Assembly: GCA_045837725.1 (NCBI GenBank)
Contig: JBEWZL010000110.1
Location: 1 to 46,919, forward strand
Length of the DNA: 46,919 bases
Direction: 5' to 3'
Origin: Vermamoeba vermiformis
Lineage: Eukaryota
Of this stretch, positions 20,146 to 33,670 are shown in pieces (the first letter of the stretch is position 1; the number at the start of each line of letters is the position of its first letter). The translations under genes were made by a program, and so were the position numbers. A model generated the notes under the pieces. It was not told the DNA's origin and did not search any database. It saw nothing but the letters and a program-made list of their open reading frames with translations.

Positions 20146-23100
20146 TTATGCGCGCGTTGCTATCCAATACAACGCGTTTGTTTTGCTATTTCCGTTGTCC
20201 CAGCCATTGAGTGTATTGATGTTGGTCCATGCAGTCGCCTTATCCAACACAGCTTGGGCCATGTAGATAAAGCCACGCCAGCCGACTTGAATCGTTGGAC
20301 TAGCGCGTGTGAGAGCAGTGGACAAGGTTGGATAAACCGTGCTAACCCAAGCGCTGTTCATATATTCTTCCGTGATGGGCGTGAAAGGCATCATTTGAAT
20401 GCCAATGATGTACTCGATGTTGGCTCCGAACCAAGTAGCAAAGTCAACCTTCGTGCCCCAAACAATACCAACACAACCGTTGTCAGCAAATACTTGATCG
20501 TAGACGTCATTAGACTTGTTGTCCATGTGCCAGTACTTCTTAGTCGAGCGGATTTCTTGTGCGAGCATCAAGCGACCAAGATCGCGCAAGTTGGCGTTGT
20601 TGGACACAAGACCCCAGAGGTACATGCCATAGTAGCCATTGATAGATTCTGACGACGACTCTTGGTTCTTCACGTCACCAAACTCGAACAGACCTGAGGC
20701 CCATGAGTGACCGGCGTACCAGTCCTTCATACGCGTGACTGGGAAGTAACTATCATGCACTGGATTGGCATAGGCACGCACAAGATCGTTGATGGCAGGT
20801 GCCCAAGTCGTCGCCCAAGCACTGTCACCCTTGGCCACCACTGCTGAGGCATACACAAAGTAGCCAAAGTGGAAGTGAACGTCGTTGTAGTAACCAAGTC
20901 CATAATCGGCACCACTGTCTTTAATGCCGTTCGATGAAGTGACACCACCCCACGTGCGATCGTAAATGATTTTGTCTGAAGTTTGACCGTTAAACCAATT
21001 CTGCAGCAAAGTCTTCAAACGATTGCGAATGTTTGACGCAATCGTTGTCTCGCCAATTTCATCGGCAATAAGCGCCAAGCGTGCAACAGCAGCCAAGTTC
21101 TTGCCGCTGGTGTATGTGTCACTAGCTGTTTGAGTCATCGACTGGTCTGCTTGAAGCGCCGTGCGAATGGACTCAACGTACTGCGTTGGAATACTTCTCG
21201 GGGCACCCCATGTTATTGTGGTAAGTTGCTCGGTCATTTTCCAGCTCAGGCCTACAAGTCCAGACATCTTGCCCTTCATCGTGACATAGGCATTTGTCAT
21301 CACGTATGTAACGCCAGTCATCATGTCGCGGTGATGAGGAAGTGTCATCATCAATGGTGCAGAGCCATCTTCAGTGATGTAGTCGAATTGAAGGACAGCA
21401 CTATCACCCGTCGCGGTCCAGCCGACCTTAGATGCAATGGGCACGCTGTTCTTGTACTGGTCTAATGTAGTTTCGAATGAAGAGTCCGTCAAACAGACAC
21501 CACGCAGAACTCCAGAGTAAGTGCTCGTGGCCGTGAGCGTTGATCCAGACCAAGTGAAAGTGATTGAATTACTAGCGTAGAGAATCCAAGTCTGGCCATT
21601 GTTGAGTGCAATCTTAAACTTGGTACCAGTGACCGTCGAGCTAGTCGCACCGTTGATTGAAAGAATGGCGTGCACGGTAGTTATAACAGGAGTAAGTCCG
21701 TCCCATTTAGTAGTGATGTATGGACTGCCTTGAACCAAAGGAGCAATCATAGAGTTGGCACGAGTGCCGTAGTTGATGGTGTTCGCATCATAAGTAGTGG
21801 GTGGATTGTTCGACCAAATCAGTGTGACTGACAGTAAGTCCCAGTCCAAAACCCGTCGCTGGGCAATTGTTTCTTTCACCAACATAGCAAAGTTTTCGGT
21901 GAAGACTGTATTGCCATTGGTAGCAGTGAAACTGCGAGCGGAATAACTGACTTGAACACCAGTGTTACGCACTTCAACAATATACGGACTGGTGACAATA
22001 GGCATGTTGCCTTGATTGAGCCACATGTTCGTGTGCCATGAATTAGTCGGATACGGCATCGGGATTGGGCCGAGCAAACTCGCAGGTGGAGTGAGTGGGT
22101 GATTCATGAGAAACGGGTAGAACGGCGCCGAAGTTGTGATCGCATTGCCAACACTACGACGTGAAGTCGTGACAGACACAGGAGCAGAAACTGGCACAGA
22201 AACAGGTGTGGCAACAGGGACTGACACGGGTGTGGCAACAGGTGCTGCAACGGGCGCTTTCACTGGTGGAGACACAGGCGCTGCAACGGGTGCTTTCACT
22301 GGTGGAGACACAGGCGCCGCAACGGGCGTGGCGACAGGTGCCGTAATGGGAGGTGACACAGGGGTGGAAACAGGAACAGATACAGGGGTTGCTACTGGTG
22401 CTGTAACCGGTGGTGAAGTAGGCGTTGAGACAGGAGTCGCTACAGGCTCGGAGATGGGTGTTGACGTAGGCACGTTCACAGTGGTGCTCGAGATTTCAAA
22501 CATCCACTTGCCTGCTACATTGACGTTTGAATCTAGTTCGAGAGTAGAGCCCACGAGTGATGTGCCGCTGCTGGGCAGTTCATAAGCCATGCTTGTGACA
22601 CCGGCCGAATTTGCATTGAAGCCTGCACGAGCATATAGACCGTGAACTTGAGTGGTACCAATATCTGCATAGAGCTGTTAGTTACGTGGCATCATTGACT
22701 GTTAGGCTACGTACGATTGTAGAATAAGATGGCAAAGCTCTGTTGACCATCAGTAGCAAGCACAATTTGAAAAGTGTTCAAGTTGTCGCTGAAACGCTTA
22801 TATTTAGCGACTTTAAACCAAGTGGCAATGACTGCACTGGTAGCGGAGAAATCGAGCCCCGACAAATCAAAATTCTCTTTCACATCGTCACTGATGTTGA
22901 ACAGCGTGTCTTCATCTGAAACCACGCGGTAGTAAATGGAATTAGCGCCGTTGGGCAGAGTCTGACGGTTGTCTACACGCAATCAATCAGCAACACAATA
23001 GCAACAATAGAAATGAGCAACGTACCATAATCAAGCCACAAAGGAGCAATGAAGGTGACATTTTCAATAGGAAATGCACGCGGATCCAATTGGCTGAACG

Positions 23101-23540
23101 GCGCTGACTTGTCGTTGCCGAGAGAGATCAGACCATTGCTGCTGATAAACATGTAGCTGTACGTCGTGCCCGCGAATGGGAAACTGAGATTCCTGGAAAC
23201 AAATGCTTTGGCATCGTCTCCAATTAACGACTTGTCGCCTAGAAATGATTAGAAATGAAAGACGTTATCGAAGATCCGTACCGTTATTCGAGCCAAACGG
23301 ATAGAAAGAGCTAACTGAAGCACCTCTTGCGGTCACGCACGATTGATAACTGCAGTATTCGTTGGCACCGCAAGCCCAATCAGCAGTACAACTACTACGA
23401 GCGATATTAGAACCGGATGCATTTTGTAAATTTACTTACGCGGTCAAGATTGAAGGAAAGATAAACAGCAGAGATATCAATGCTATCAACAAGCTATATC
23501 TAGCAATGTTAATATATCTAGCAATGATAACGTAGAACAT
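20146..23540 (-). CDS. Secreted endo-1,3-beta-glucanase (GH81) with N-terminal Cys-rich module, NIDO domain and Pro/Val/Thr linker
   Basis: Signal-peptide exon from ATG 23540, then CTADWACGANEYCSYQSC. NIDO-like motifs: FYPFG, ISSNGLISL, FIAPLW, AVIATWFKV, NTFQIVLATDGQQSFAILFY. GH81 motifs: PYPTNSW, YYNDVHFHFGY, DWYAGHSWASG, NQESSSE. Confidence 0.9.
22170..22470 (-). repeat. Low-complexity coding repeat of xPVx tetrapeptides forming a linker
   Basis: PVATPVSTP...APVSPPVKAPVAAPVSPPVKAPVAAPVATPVSVP; near-identical 36-bp units. Confidence 0.85.
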
Positions 23541-24324
23541 TTCTATCAAGCTTGCGTGTTCCTCTTGCAGCGAAATTGAATACAATGAACATCGTCGAGC
23601 TCGCTATTTATGCGTCCGCTCTAAATTTACTCCGCGGAGAAGTATGAGGCAACCGCAAGTAAATGTGAATTTCCCAAGCATTACAGCAATCAACCGACGA
23701 TTTCGTGGTAAATTGGTGGATTTTTGCCTTTTTAAGCGAAAGAAATCTGAAAAAGATTTGTCTTCGGTTAGTACACGATCAAACATGTAAGTATGAGCTG
23801 ACAAAGTAATACTAACCGATGTACCAAGAATACCTGAGCGGTTTACGACATTTTTCAGAATAGTGGCTTGTTTTGCCTAGAGAATATTGCGTTAGCATTA
23901 ATCAGTTAATACAAGTATTATGAATATATTCAAGATTGTATACAGAATCTATCAGATTATAGCAATAAAATTTATTTTCTAAAAATCTTTAATAAATCGT
24001 GGATCCTCAAACAACGGCAGTATCTTTCTAAAAAAGGCGAATAATTTAAAGCACAAATATTTCCATAGTAATTTTGTATTATTCGCGAATCTTAATTAAC
24101 CGCAACTTACCACGACCAAGCCAGATTTGACACAAAAAATCTTGTCTCGGATACTACTCATTATGCATACTGTATCGCAAATGCGCAATTGGTTTAAGGA
24201 GGATGTCCTGTTATGGACGAGGCGGCTGAAAACTAAAAATACAAAAAAGATTTTATTTGACTTTATTGCTCGCTCGGAGGTAATATTACGCTCGTTTGAC
24301 CTATCCACAACTCTCTATTTCAAT

Positions 24325-26453
24325 ATGAAGCTTTATTGCCATTACGGAGAGTCTACTGTAATTGTGCGTTGGGAGAACAGCAACGGTACCATTAAGGATT
24401 TGCGAAAGGTAAAACATTATTTGGACAGAGCATTGAAATAACCTGTCAATCGCTAAAAATTATTTAAAGCAATTCGTGGACGCATATAATAAGAAAAACA
24501 GTGCAAATCCGTTGTCAGAGGAAGATCTTGTGGTTGCCAATGAAAGGTATTATTAGCTTAATTATTTTTAAATTATTTACTGGTTCAATATTAATTTACA
24601 ATTAATTGCATCATTTTCCATGCTTTTTCGAATTTTTGGAATTATTTTTAATTCACTTCCTCAGACGCCAAGCGTTCCCAGCAAGCGAGAAAACTTCGAG
24701 AATCTTTAAAGACGGCGACGACGTATATTTTACCGTCAAAGGTGATGTACGCAAAGAGTCTAACAACACTCCCTTGCCTGTCGTTTCTCCGAGTCAAACT
24801 ACCAATTACGCCCCTCAATACAGCACTAACCCTAATCCGTCATACACACCCACTTCACCGAGCCAAACACACGCTCCTGCTCCTAGCATGGACAGTTATA
24901 TTGACGATGGTATGTTTGCACAAGGTGACAATACATTGTTTGCTAATTGGTTTGATCCGGATCCAGACGAGGACGCTGATTCACGCCCTATCTACAACGA
25001 GTCACAACCATATGGACGCAGGAAACAACTCGTTCTCGTTGATGAACTGCCGCCAGACGAAGTCTTGTCTTCGAGTTGTACAGTTTGCGGTGAAATGCTG
25101 CAATACAAACGCAAAGACAAGTCCATTGAGTGTCATTATTGCAAAGCTGTCAACTTGCCAGTCATCGTCGGTAAGTCATATTTGTACGATTATTATCTGC
25201 TTCGCGTCTAACGTCCCTTGCAGTCGACGCACAAGCGGAGTGCAGTGTGTGCAAGAGATCCGTATTCCGTAGAAAAGGAGAGCGTTGCATGAGGTAAGCC
25301 TTTGCGTTCATTATTATTATTGATCCACCGTAGCTAATAGTCAATGCCTAGATGTGATTGTGGATTCAAATTGAATGTGATTCAGTGCATTCAATGCAAG
25401 ACTCCTTTCGTTGCCCCCGACGGCTTGCCCTCAATGCCGTGTCCAGCGTGCGGTACTCAATTGTCGAGCGAGCACACTGTACGAGGGTAAGTCACGAGCA
25501 CAACTAAATGGCAAAGCTAACATCACGCGCAGTTCGCCTCTGTTGTTAAATCTCCTCGTTAATCGCGATGTGAACGAGCCTGAAGAATGGTGGCAAAAAG
25601 AAGCCAAGCCAAAAGAGAAGAACAAGCCCTTGAAAATAACTCTAGTAGTTCAAGTACGTAGTGTTGCACGTTAACTTGAATTTTTCTAACTTGTGCTGCA
25701 GTATTATGAAGAAAAGAACGAAGACCGAAGAAAAGAGTTGATGCAATGCATTGAAAACAATTTGAAGAATAGATACATTGACAACATTTACTTCTTTTTG
25801 GAAAACGATGTGGATGTGGCGCAATTGTTCGACAATAACCCGAAGATCATTAAAGGTCCCGTGCTTGGCCGTAGGTTGAAGTACAGCGAGGCCATTGACT
25901 TTTGCAACAACGAGCTCAAGGGTCAGATCTGTATTTTAGCCAATCTCGATGTCTACTTTGATCATACTTTACGCGAGCTCATTCGCGGTTACATTGACGG
26001 AAAATTCTTGGCTCTGTCACGACATGATGTAACATCGAAGGGCACTATTCAATTCAACGAGTGGGTCTCGCCTATCAGTCAAGTATGTAGCACCTAGTCA
26101 TAATGAACCTGCAGATCTGATTAACACGATCATCTAGGACGCTTGGATCTTCAAATCTCCAATGATCAAACCTCACGCCAACAAAGAACTGAATATTGAC
26201 TTCGCGCTCGGGTACCCTGGATGCGACAACCGTGTGGCTTGGGAATTCAGGCACATTGGTTTGCACGTGATTAATCCTGGTAATATCTGCCGCTGCGAGC
26301 AAATCAATTATAATCCTGATACTGATATCGTTTGCTATTGTAGGCTTGAAGATCATTGTGCGACACTTGCACGCATCAGAAAAGCGAAATTACAGCGACG
26401 AAAACAAAGTTACAGGCAATTACGCCGCTGTTACACCAAGCTTGGACTTGTAA
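24325..26453 (+). CDS. Multidomain protein: small N-terminal (possibly ubiquitin-like) domain, CxxC zinc-ribbon repeats and C-terminal GT-A glycosyltransferase-like domain
   Basis: Exons give MKLYCHYGESTVIVRW...FKDGDDVYF and CTVC/CHYC/CAVC/CIQC/CPAC pairs. The C-terminal part has RRKELMQCIENNL, ILANLDVYFD, FLALSRHD, SQDAWIF, LGYPGCDNRVA and HLHAS. Confidence 0.65.
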
Positions 26454-26623
26454 TATGATATAAACAATTCAATAATACTTGTGTTTCAATTTGTTGCAGG
26501 CTTGGGAAAAAGGAATTTTGCCTGACGTTCGGAAAAAAAGTTCTTTCGACATATCTGGACACCGAAATTTTAGTTTTAAAAAGCCATTCTATTGGCGAAC
26601 ACTACAAACACAAATCAATAATA

Positions 26624-28795
26624 ATGTTGATCTACATCCTCGCTGGAGCCGCGGCGTTTCTCATTTGGAAACTCCTTAAGCGAGAACAGGTACATAATTT
26701 TTAAAAATTACTAATAATATTTTATTGTATTCAGCGGGGTCATTGGATAAAGTACATCCGCCACCAGATCTTGATTAATTAATTTGCGCAGGTTGTTGCA
26801 CCAGCCGGATTGAAATTACCTGTAAAAGTGAAGTCTCCATCATTCTTGCCTCTGGCTATCGAATATGGCAAACAACCAACTCACTTTATGCTGTGGGCTA
26901 AGAAAAACGTATGGATCGCCATCCAATTTCTTGTTGAATATTGCTTTTTACGGACGCAATTAATTTATCCCGCATTATTGTAGTTCGGGCCGGTCGTTGA
27001 TATGGATCTGGGTTTGGCAAGATTCGTTTTCGTGTTCGATCCCGAACTTAGCAACAAGCTCTATTCATGGAACCCTGCCGAAATTAATTTCGAAGAGTAC
27101 GTCTTTAATACTTATTGTAATAACGATCGAGACCCGACGTCATGGCGTCATCACCACGAGATTTTCGGGCCTCTTATTTCCGACCGTACTAATAATTCAT
27201 CCTAGAGGAATCACTCAATTCGTAAAGCATATCTTTGGAGAGGATATTTATAATAACCCAGAATGGAACAAAAAGAGCGTCGGTGTCGTTAAGCAAGGTT
27301 TAATGACCAACAAGAGTCTCGTCAATTACAAGCCCTTGATCCAAGAAGAGACCGACAAAATTATCGCCGAGTGGATTGATCGCGGTGAAGTACGCGATAA
27401 TTATATAGTCATTAATCACGGAGTGACTGACACCGTCCGTCACACAGATCGAGCTCAGTCTAGAAGCCAGCAACATGGTCCTGCGTATGGCTTTGCGCAT
27501 TATGTTAGGCGATTATATCTACAACAACTTCCGCGACGTGCTTATCAATGACTTCCGTGGCCTAGAAATTAACGGTAATGATCAAGTGCATCCAATGACT
27601 CGAGTCAACACTTAACCCGTACTTTAGGCTTCTCCTCACTGACAGCCTTGCTTCCTAATCTTCCTTTTGGTTCACCTAAGATCACTCAGGTGTACAGAGA
27701 ACGATTGTTCAAATTATTGGGTGACTTCATTCGCAACGATGCTGAAAAATACGTCGAGGACAACGTAAGTCACCTGGTCCTTGTAGACTGTTAATAACTT
27801 TACCCCAACAGCCGGACTCTATTGACTACTTGTCCATCTTCTTACGTGGCAAGAATCACGAATTGGCAGGCGTACGTTCACCAAATTTCAAACTAGCGCT
27901 TCATCTAAACATTTTTACAGATTGAAAAGACCATTATGCACATGGTATCGTTGCTCTTCGCCTTCCACGCCAATACTGCCGGCACTTACGCTTGGGCGGT
28001 GACTCACTTCGTCCACAACAAGAATGCTAGGTGAGCGAGGTTAACCTATGGGTTGATATCCAAATCTATGCTAACGTCGCCTTTTTTAGAGACAAAGCTA
28101 TTAAAGAGTACCAAGACAACATGGCAAACGGTGTGGACATGTCTGAAGTCAACAACTTCCCCTACATGCGCGCTGTGACACGCGAAACCAATCGCCGATA
28201 CGGCTCAGCTTTTCATCTCAGGTACCTTCATATAGCATAATAACATCTCAATAGGTCACTAATGCTATAAACGACAGAAAAGCCGTGAAGGACACGCAAC
28301 TTGGTGACTACTTCATCCCCAAGGGCAGACTGATTGCTGCCTCCAGTTGGGTCAACGGCAACGATCCTGATCTTGCTACTAACCCCGAGGAAGTATGATT
28401 CTATAACAAGTTCATGTGATGAAACGTACTAACCTGTCAACAGTGGAATCCAGATCGCTTTTTCGAAAATCAAAAGTTTTTGCAGTACTTCAACCCGTTT
28501 GGCTCAGGTATGCCGAATATTCGGCATTGATGTCATATTGGTACTAAATGCGCTATCGAATTTAGGCTGGCATCCTTGCATGGGCGAAAAGATTGCCTAC
28601 ATGATTTTCATTAACGCGATACCCAGACTATTTATGTAAGTTGATCGGAGTCAATGACAATAACGCCCGATTAATTATCTATGTAGCGATTATCAATTGA
28701 CACCCAAGAGCCCCGAATTGCCCCGTGTCGACTGGCAGAGAAGTGGATTCTTCTTCCCGAAGGATCCGTACTATGTCACTGTGACCAAGAAATAA
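26624..28795 (+). CDS. Cytochrome P450 (sterol-type, CYP51/CYP7-like clan), paralog 1
   Basis: N-terminal anchor MLIYILAGAAAFLIWKLL, I-helix LLFAFHANTAGT, ETNR (ExxR), WNPDRF, heme motif FGSGWHPCMGE. Confidence 0.9.
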
Positions 28796-29050
28796 ATGCT
28801 TTAGTTGTGTTATAGGAATACTAAACGCGATGTATACAGAGATACTACCTTTTGTATTCTGCGCAATTAATGTACACGCATACTTCCACTTCGGGTCAGA
28901 TCGGAATTACTGTTACTCCTCCAATAACCCGAAAAATCCGGAGCGCGAACACCCGAAATAAAATTAAAAAATGTTTGGCGGCCGTTAGATTTTCATTATT
29001 CTTGTAGAGCACCACGACCACGATAGAACAATCGTTGTATTAATTTTTCA

Positions 29051-31275
29051 ATGGTCTCCGTAATTATCGTCATCGCTGGAGGTATTGCAGTTCTGTTGGC
29101 TATCAAGTTACTCAGTGGCAAGAGACAAGTAAGTTTGACTTCAACTGTTGTTTTTTTACTGTTGATCAAGATCGCGTGACTCGCGCATGTCAGGGTCAAC
29201 TGAATCGTTGGCTAAAAATCATAGAATTATTTTAAATGATTTACTGGGCAACCAACGTTTTTTCAACAAATTTTCGGCTTGCGATCAGCTAGATCGGATC
29301 TTTTTCTTGTGCACATCAAGCAAAAGATGCTCTTCATATTGTAATAATTATAACTGCAACATTCTCGGCATGCTATGAAACCGCCAAGCTCTATAGTTAT
29401 TCCGCTGACGGATCGTCATGAAATCTTTTGTAAATTGCATGATTTTTAACACAAATTAAATTAGGTCGCCGTTCCTGCTGGTCTTAAGTTGCCTCATCAA
29501 GTCAAATCACCGTCTTGGAAACCACTTGCGGTCGAGTACGGTGAACGTCCCGGAGAGTTGCTGTTGTGGGCTAAAAAGAAGGTACAAATCTAAATCGCAA
29601 AATCCCGTGATTTCATATTAATCAAAATATATTATTAAGTACGGAGACGTAGTCGAATTCGATTTGGGCTTGAAGCAATTCACCTATGTATTGGATCCCG
29701 AGTTGTTGCGCAAACTTTACTCTTGGAACCCCAAAGAAGTCAGCTTTGAAGCGTAAGATCGCTATAAATACTTAACATGCATACTAATTGTATTATAGTG
29801 GCATTCTCGATTTCGTAAGCCACATTTTGGACGACAAATTGTACTCAGATCCCAACTTCAACAAAAAAATTCCGAGCATCGTTAAGCAAGGCATCAACAC
29901 TCCCAAACAATTAGAAATATTCTTTAATGTTATCAAAGAGGAAACGGATAAAATCGTCAATGAATGGACCGCAAGCACAGAAAAAGTACGTGTACCACAA
30001 ATTTACAAAGTCCATATTTAGCGTAATTAATTTTGACACATGACAGCTCGAATTATTCCACGAGGCCAGCAAGTTCATGTTGCGCACTGCCATTCGTATT
30101 ATTCTCGGAGAGATCATTTACAACAAACATCGCGATAATCTTGTTGAAGACTTCAGAACTCTTGAAATCGACGGTAAAATTTTTCAATTTTCAGCGGATG
30201 TGCTTCGGATAATAATTTATAAATTCAGGTTTCGCCGCTTTAACTATGATTATCCCTTACCTACCTTTCGGTAAGCCAAAGAAGGTCCAAGAAGCCAGAA
30301 AGCGCGTTTCCAAAATTGTTATGGACTTTTTGACAAACGACGCTGACAACCACGCGCGAAATACTGTAAGAGAACTTCATATTTAACACGAATATGTTCT
30401 TACACTAGCAATAGACGACTCCTGAATACGTTACCAACATGATTATGAATGGTCACACTAAGGACGTTAACCAAGACGTAAGTGCTGCGATTTAATACTA
30501 ATTTTGCTCACCTTGAATAACAAGGTCATCTCCGGCCATTTGATGGGCATGATCTTCGCGTTCCACGCCAACACCGCCGGAACATTTGCCTGGGCTTTGT
30601 TGCGCCTCGCCAACCACAAAGAAGCTCGCGAGAAAGTGATTAAAGAGTACCAAGAGAACATCGCTAAGGGCGTGTCAACATTTGACATCAATAACTTCCC
30701 GTACTTGAAGGCCGTCATTCTGGAGACCAATAGAAGATACGGCGCTTTCATGACTTTGAGGTATGTTTTTAGGCTTGTAACTCCTCACTCATATTAATCG
30801 TGCCATTAGAAAAACTGTAGCTGACACTCAGATTGGTGACTATCTTATTCCTAAGGACAAGACCGTTGTTTTGTCTGCGTGGACTATCGGAAACAACCCG
30901 GATCTCGTCGATAATCCCGAAGAGGTACGCAGTAGCGAAAAAAACCTCTTTGATACGAAGCTAATAATATCGTGTTACAGTGGCGACCTGAGCGCTATCA
31001 AACACAAGAGAAGTACATGCCTTACCACTTCGTGTTCGGTACTGGCTTGCACCCGTGCATGGGAGAAAAGATCGCGTACACCATCATGATCAACGCTATT
31101 CCTAAATTACTAATGTAAGTTGTGACTTGTGGGTGTAATTAGACCTTTCTAACGACGTTACCTTAGCGACTACAAGTTTACTCCCTTGCAAGAAGGATTC
31201 CCAGCGATTGATTGGGCTCGTGGAGGATATTTGTTCGCCAAGGATCCGTACTACGTCTCTATCAAGAAAAATTAG
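29051..31275 (+). CDS. Cytochrome P450, tandem paralog 2
   Basis: Anchor MVSVIIVIAGGIAVLLAIKLL, MIFAFHANTAGT, ETNR, WRPERY, FGTGLHPCMGE. Intron positions are largely shared with paralog 1. Confidence 0.9.
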
Positions 31276-31916
31276 AATAAACGGCGCTGTTACTTTTCAA
31301 CCCGAGAAGAGACAATTTGCGTTGTTTGTAAACAACAATTACGTTACAGAAATTAGCAAAAGCCATACAGGCAATAGCAATTTAATTACGAGCTTACTTG
31401 TTCCAAAGAGCCGGACCAAATGACGGCAGTACTGATCGAAGCCGGCTAGAGCAGGAACTTCAAATAAGGTATTAAATTAAAAGAATATTTTTATAATCGT
31501 TTCGTGACTTTATTGTATCGCTTACTTGCGTTCCACCTGTCACAAGGCAAATCTCGATCAACATTTCAAAATTAATTTTTAAGGGTTTCATTTAAACTGG
31601 TTACCATCAAAATTACCCTTTTATTGCTTTTTAATTATTTTCGAAGTTTATTAAACAGTTCGTTCAGCTGATCGCGGTTTTATTTTCCTTGAAATGTGAG
31701 GCCAAACATTCATTGATGGCTAGCCAAAAATATTGTATACTAACCTATCTATTACAATCAGCTTACTAATATTTTGTAACCTAGTTTAGAAATTAGGCGC
31801 CTGAATTTCATTCTTCCGTTCAAACTTAAACTACAAACAACAAACCTCCTGTTGTTTTTGATCCTCAAAACGTCAATCTACGTAATCTACCTGGAATCTA
31901 ACCACCCTAAGCACTC

Positions 31917-33456
31917 ATGAACCCACGAAACGTAAGGCGCTACAAATTCTAAATCGATCTGAGGAAATTCGATGTTGCAGGACAAATTTGATTATGTTTT
32001 TCGTATATTGAACAGCGCCGAACTATCGAAGGCTGACTGGCGCTACTTCTGCGGCATCCTGAAAACAAACAAGGCCATGGTCTCTCTTCAGCTCGAGGGA
32101 GAACTCTCTAGTAGCTTTGCTCGTCTCTTTGCCAGAGCTATGAAGGACAACAGAACTCTGATGGTTTTGACTCTGTCCAGCATCCACGAATCTGGTATGA
32201 AGTACCTCTGCAACGCGTTGCAAGCTGGCAAGAAATTCTTCGTTCTAAAGCTCAGCGGCGAATTCACCTTCGGCTCTGACGACTCGCTGCAACTGTTTTG
32301 CAATTCTCTGAATCACATCACTATGCTGCACCTCAAACTCGCCGACGGCATCATAGGCGAGGAGATTGCCAAGGCGTTAAAGACCAATACTTCATTGAGC
32401 GACTTGATCTTCACCGATTGCAAGACATACGGCGCTGGTCTGTCGAATAAAGCCTTTCAAGAACTGAGCGAGGCACTCACACTCAACAAATCTCTGGTGA
32501 AGCTCGAACTGCAGGATTGTGGCATGAATGACGAGCACTGCAGCACGTTGATGGCTGCCCTTGCCAAGAACACCTCCGTGAACACGCTCCACATCACTAG
32601 CAAGCACATCACCAACCCTTATCTGCCCATTGCCAGTTTGTTGAAGGTTAACCCGACGTTGACGGATCTCATGCTTTCTGTCGCCGGATTTAATGAGAAA
32701 GGCTTGCAAGCGTTCACTGAAGTCATGAAAACGAACACGAGAATGCGCAGCTTGGCGATATCAACGGTCGCTGTAGAGGATGTTCAAGCCGTTGCAGACA
32801 TCCTCAAGGTCAATAGAAGTCTGACCGAAGTCAACCTGACCAAACGCTACGACGAGAACGAGGGCGATGATGCCTATATATATCACCTCGAAGAAGCAGG
32901 ACGACTTCTCGGAGAGGCACTGAAAAACAACGACTCGGTGCACTCACTGCAATTCTGGACGGTTGAAGAGGAGACTGACCTCGTCAAGGACTACATGATC
33001 GACCTCCTCGCAAGCAACAAAGCGCTCACCGATCTCGGTCCAGTAGATGACGTCGAATGTCCTGAACTCATTAAATTGCTTGAAGAGAACAAGAAAGAGC
33101 AAGAACAAAACCACGCAATAACTCAAAAAGCAATGCTGACTATTGCATCAAGCGATCGAGCCTTGGACATCTTCCCGCAGGAAATTTGGCTCAACATTTT
33201 CAAGTTCATCAAATTTCCGGGCCGCGATTATCACGCTCGATTTGATGAAACACTCGAAAGCCTGTTCGCATTTCATCAAATGAAACGAACTAAAGCCCCG
33301 CCCAAAAATCTCAGTGCCGGAATGTTACTGGATTGGTTGGCGGTAACAATGGACTTAAAGCAGAAGGAAATTGATCCGCTAATCGTGACTGGAGGCGACA
33401 GTTATCACAAGGCTATCTCGGAAATGGGCTCTTTCTTACTCAGCGCTAACTTTTGA
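31917..33456 (+). CDS. RNI-like leucine-rich repeat protein with C-terminal F-box-like motif
   Basis: 494-aa ORF 31972-33456 with repeats such as ALKTNTSLSDL, ALAKNTSVNTL and LKVNRSLTEVNL, and FPQEIWLNIFKFI near the C-terminus. An alternative start at ATG 31917 with intron 31932-31980 is in frame. Confidence 0.85.
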
Positions 33457-33670
33457 TTTGATTTGGTCAGCACAGCAGTGTATTTGCCCACCAACTCCGT
33501 GCCGCTCCTGGGCGGTACTTTTTTTTATTTCGTCAATTAGCGAATAAACTCTCTTTAAAGAGGGATTTCACGCAGCTGGATGGCTGAAATTACCATGAGA
33601 TTTTGTTTGATAAAATTGTTATTTAGAAAGATTTGTACAACGAGAATGACGCTATCTACACATTAGTTTT

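Noticed and set aside
22136-22585. Plus-strand TG-rich 149-aa ORF
   Set aside because: Antisense of the Pro/Val linker of the GH81 gene.
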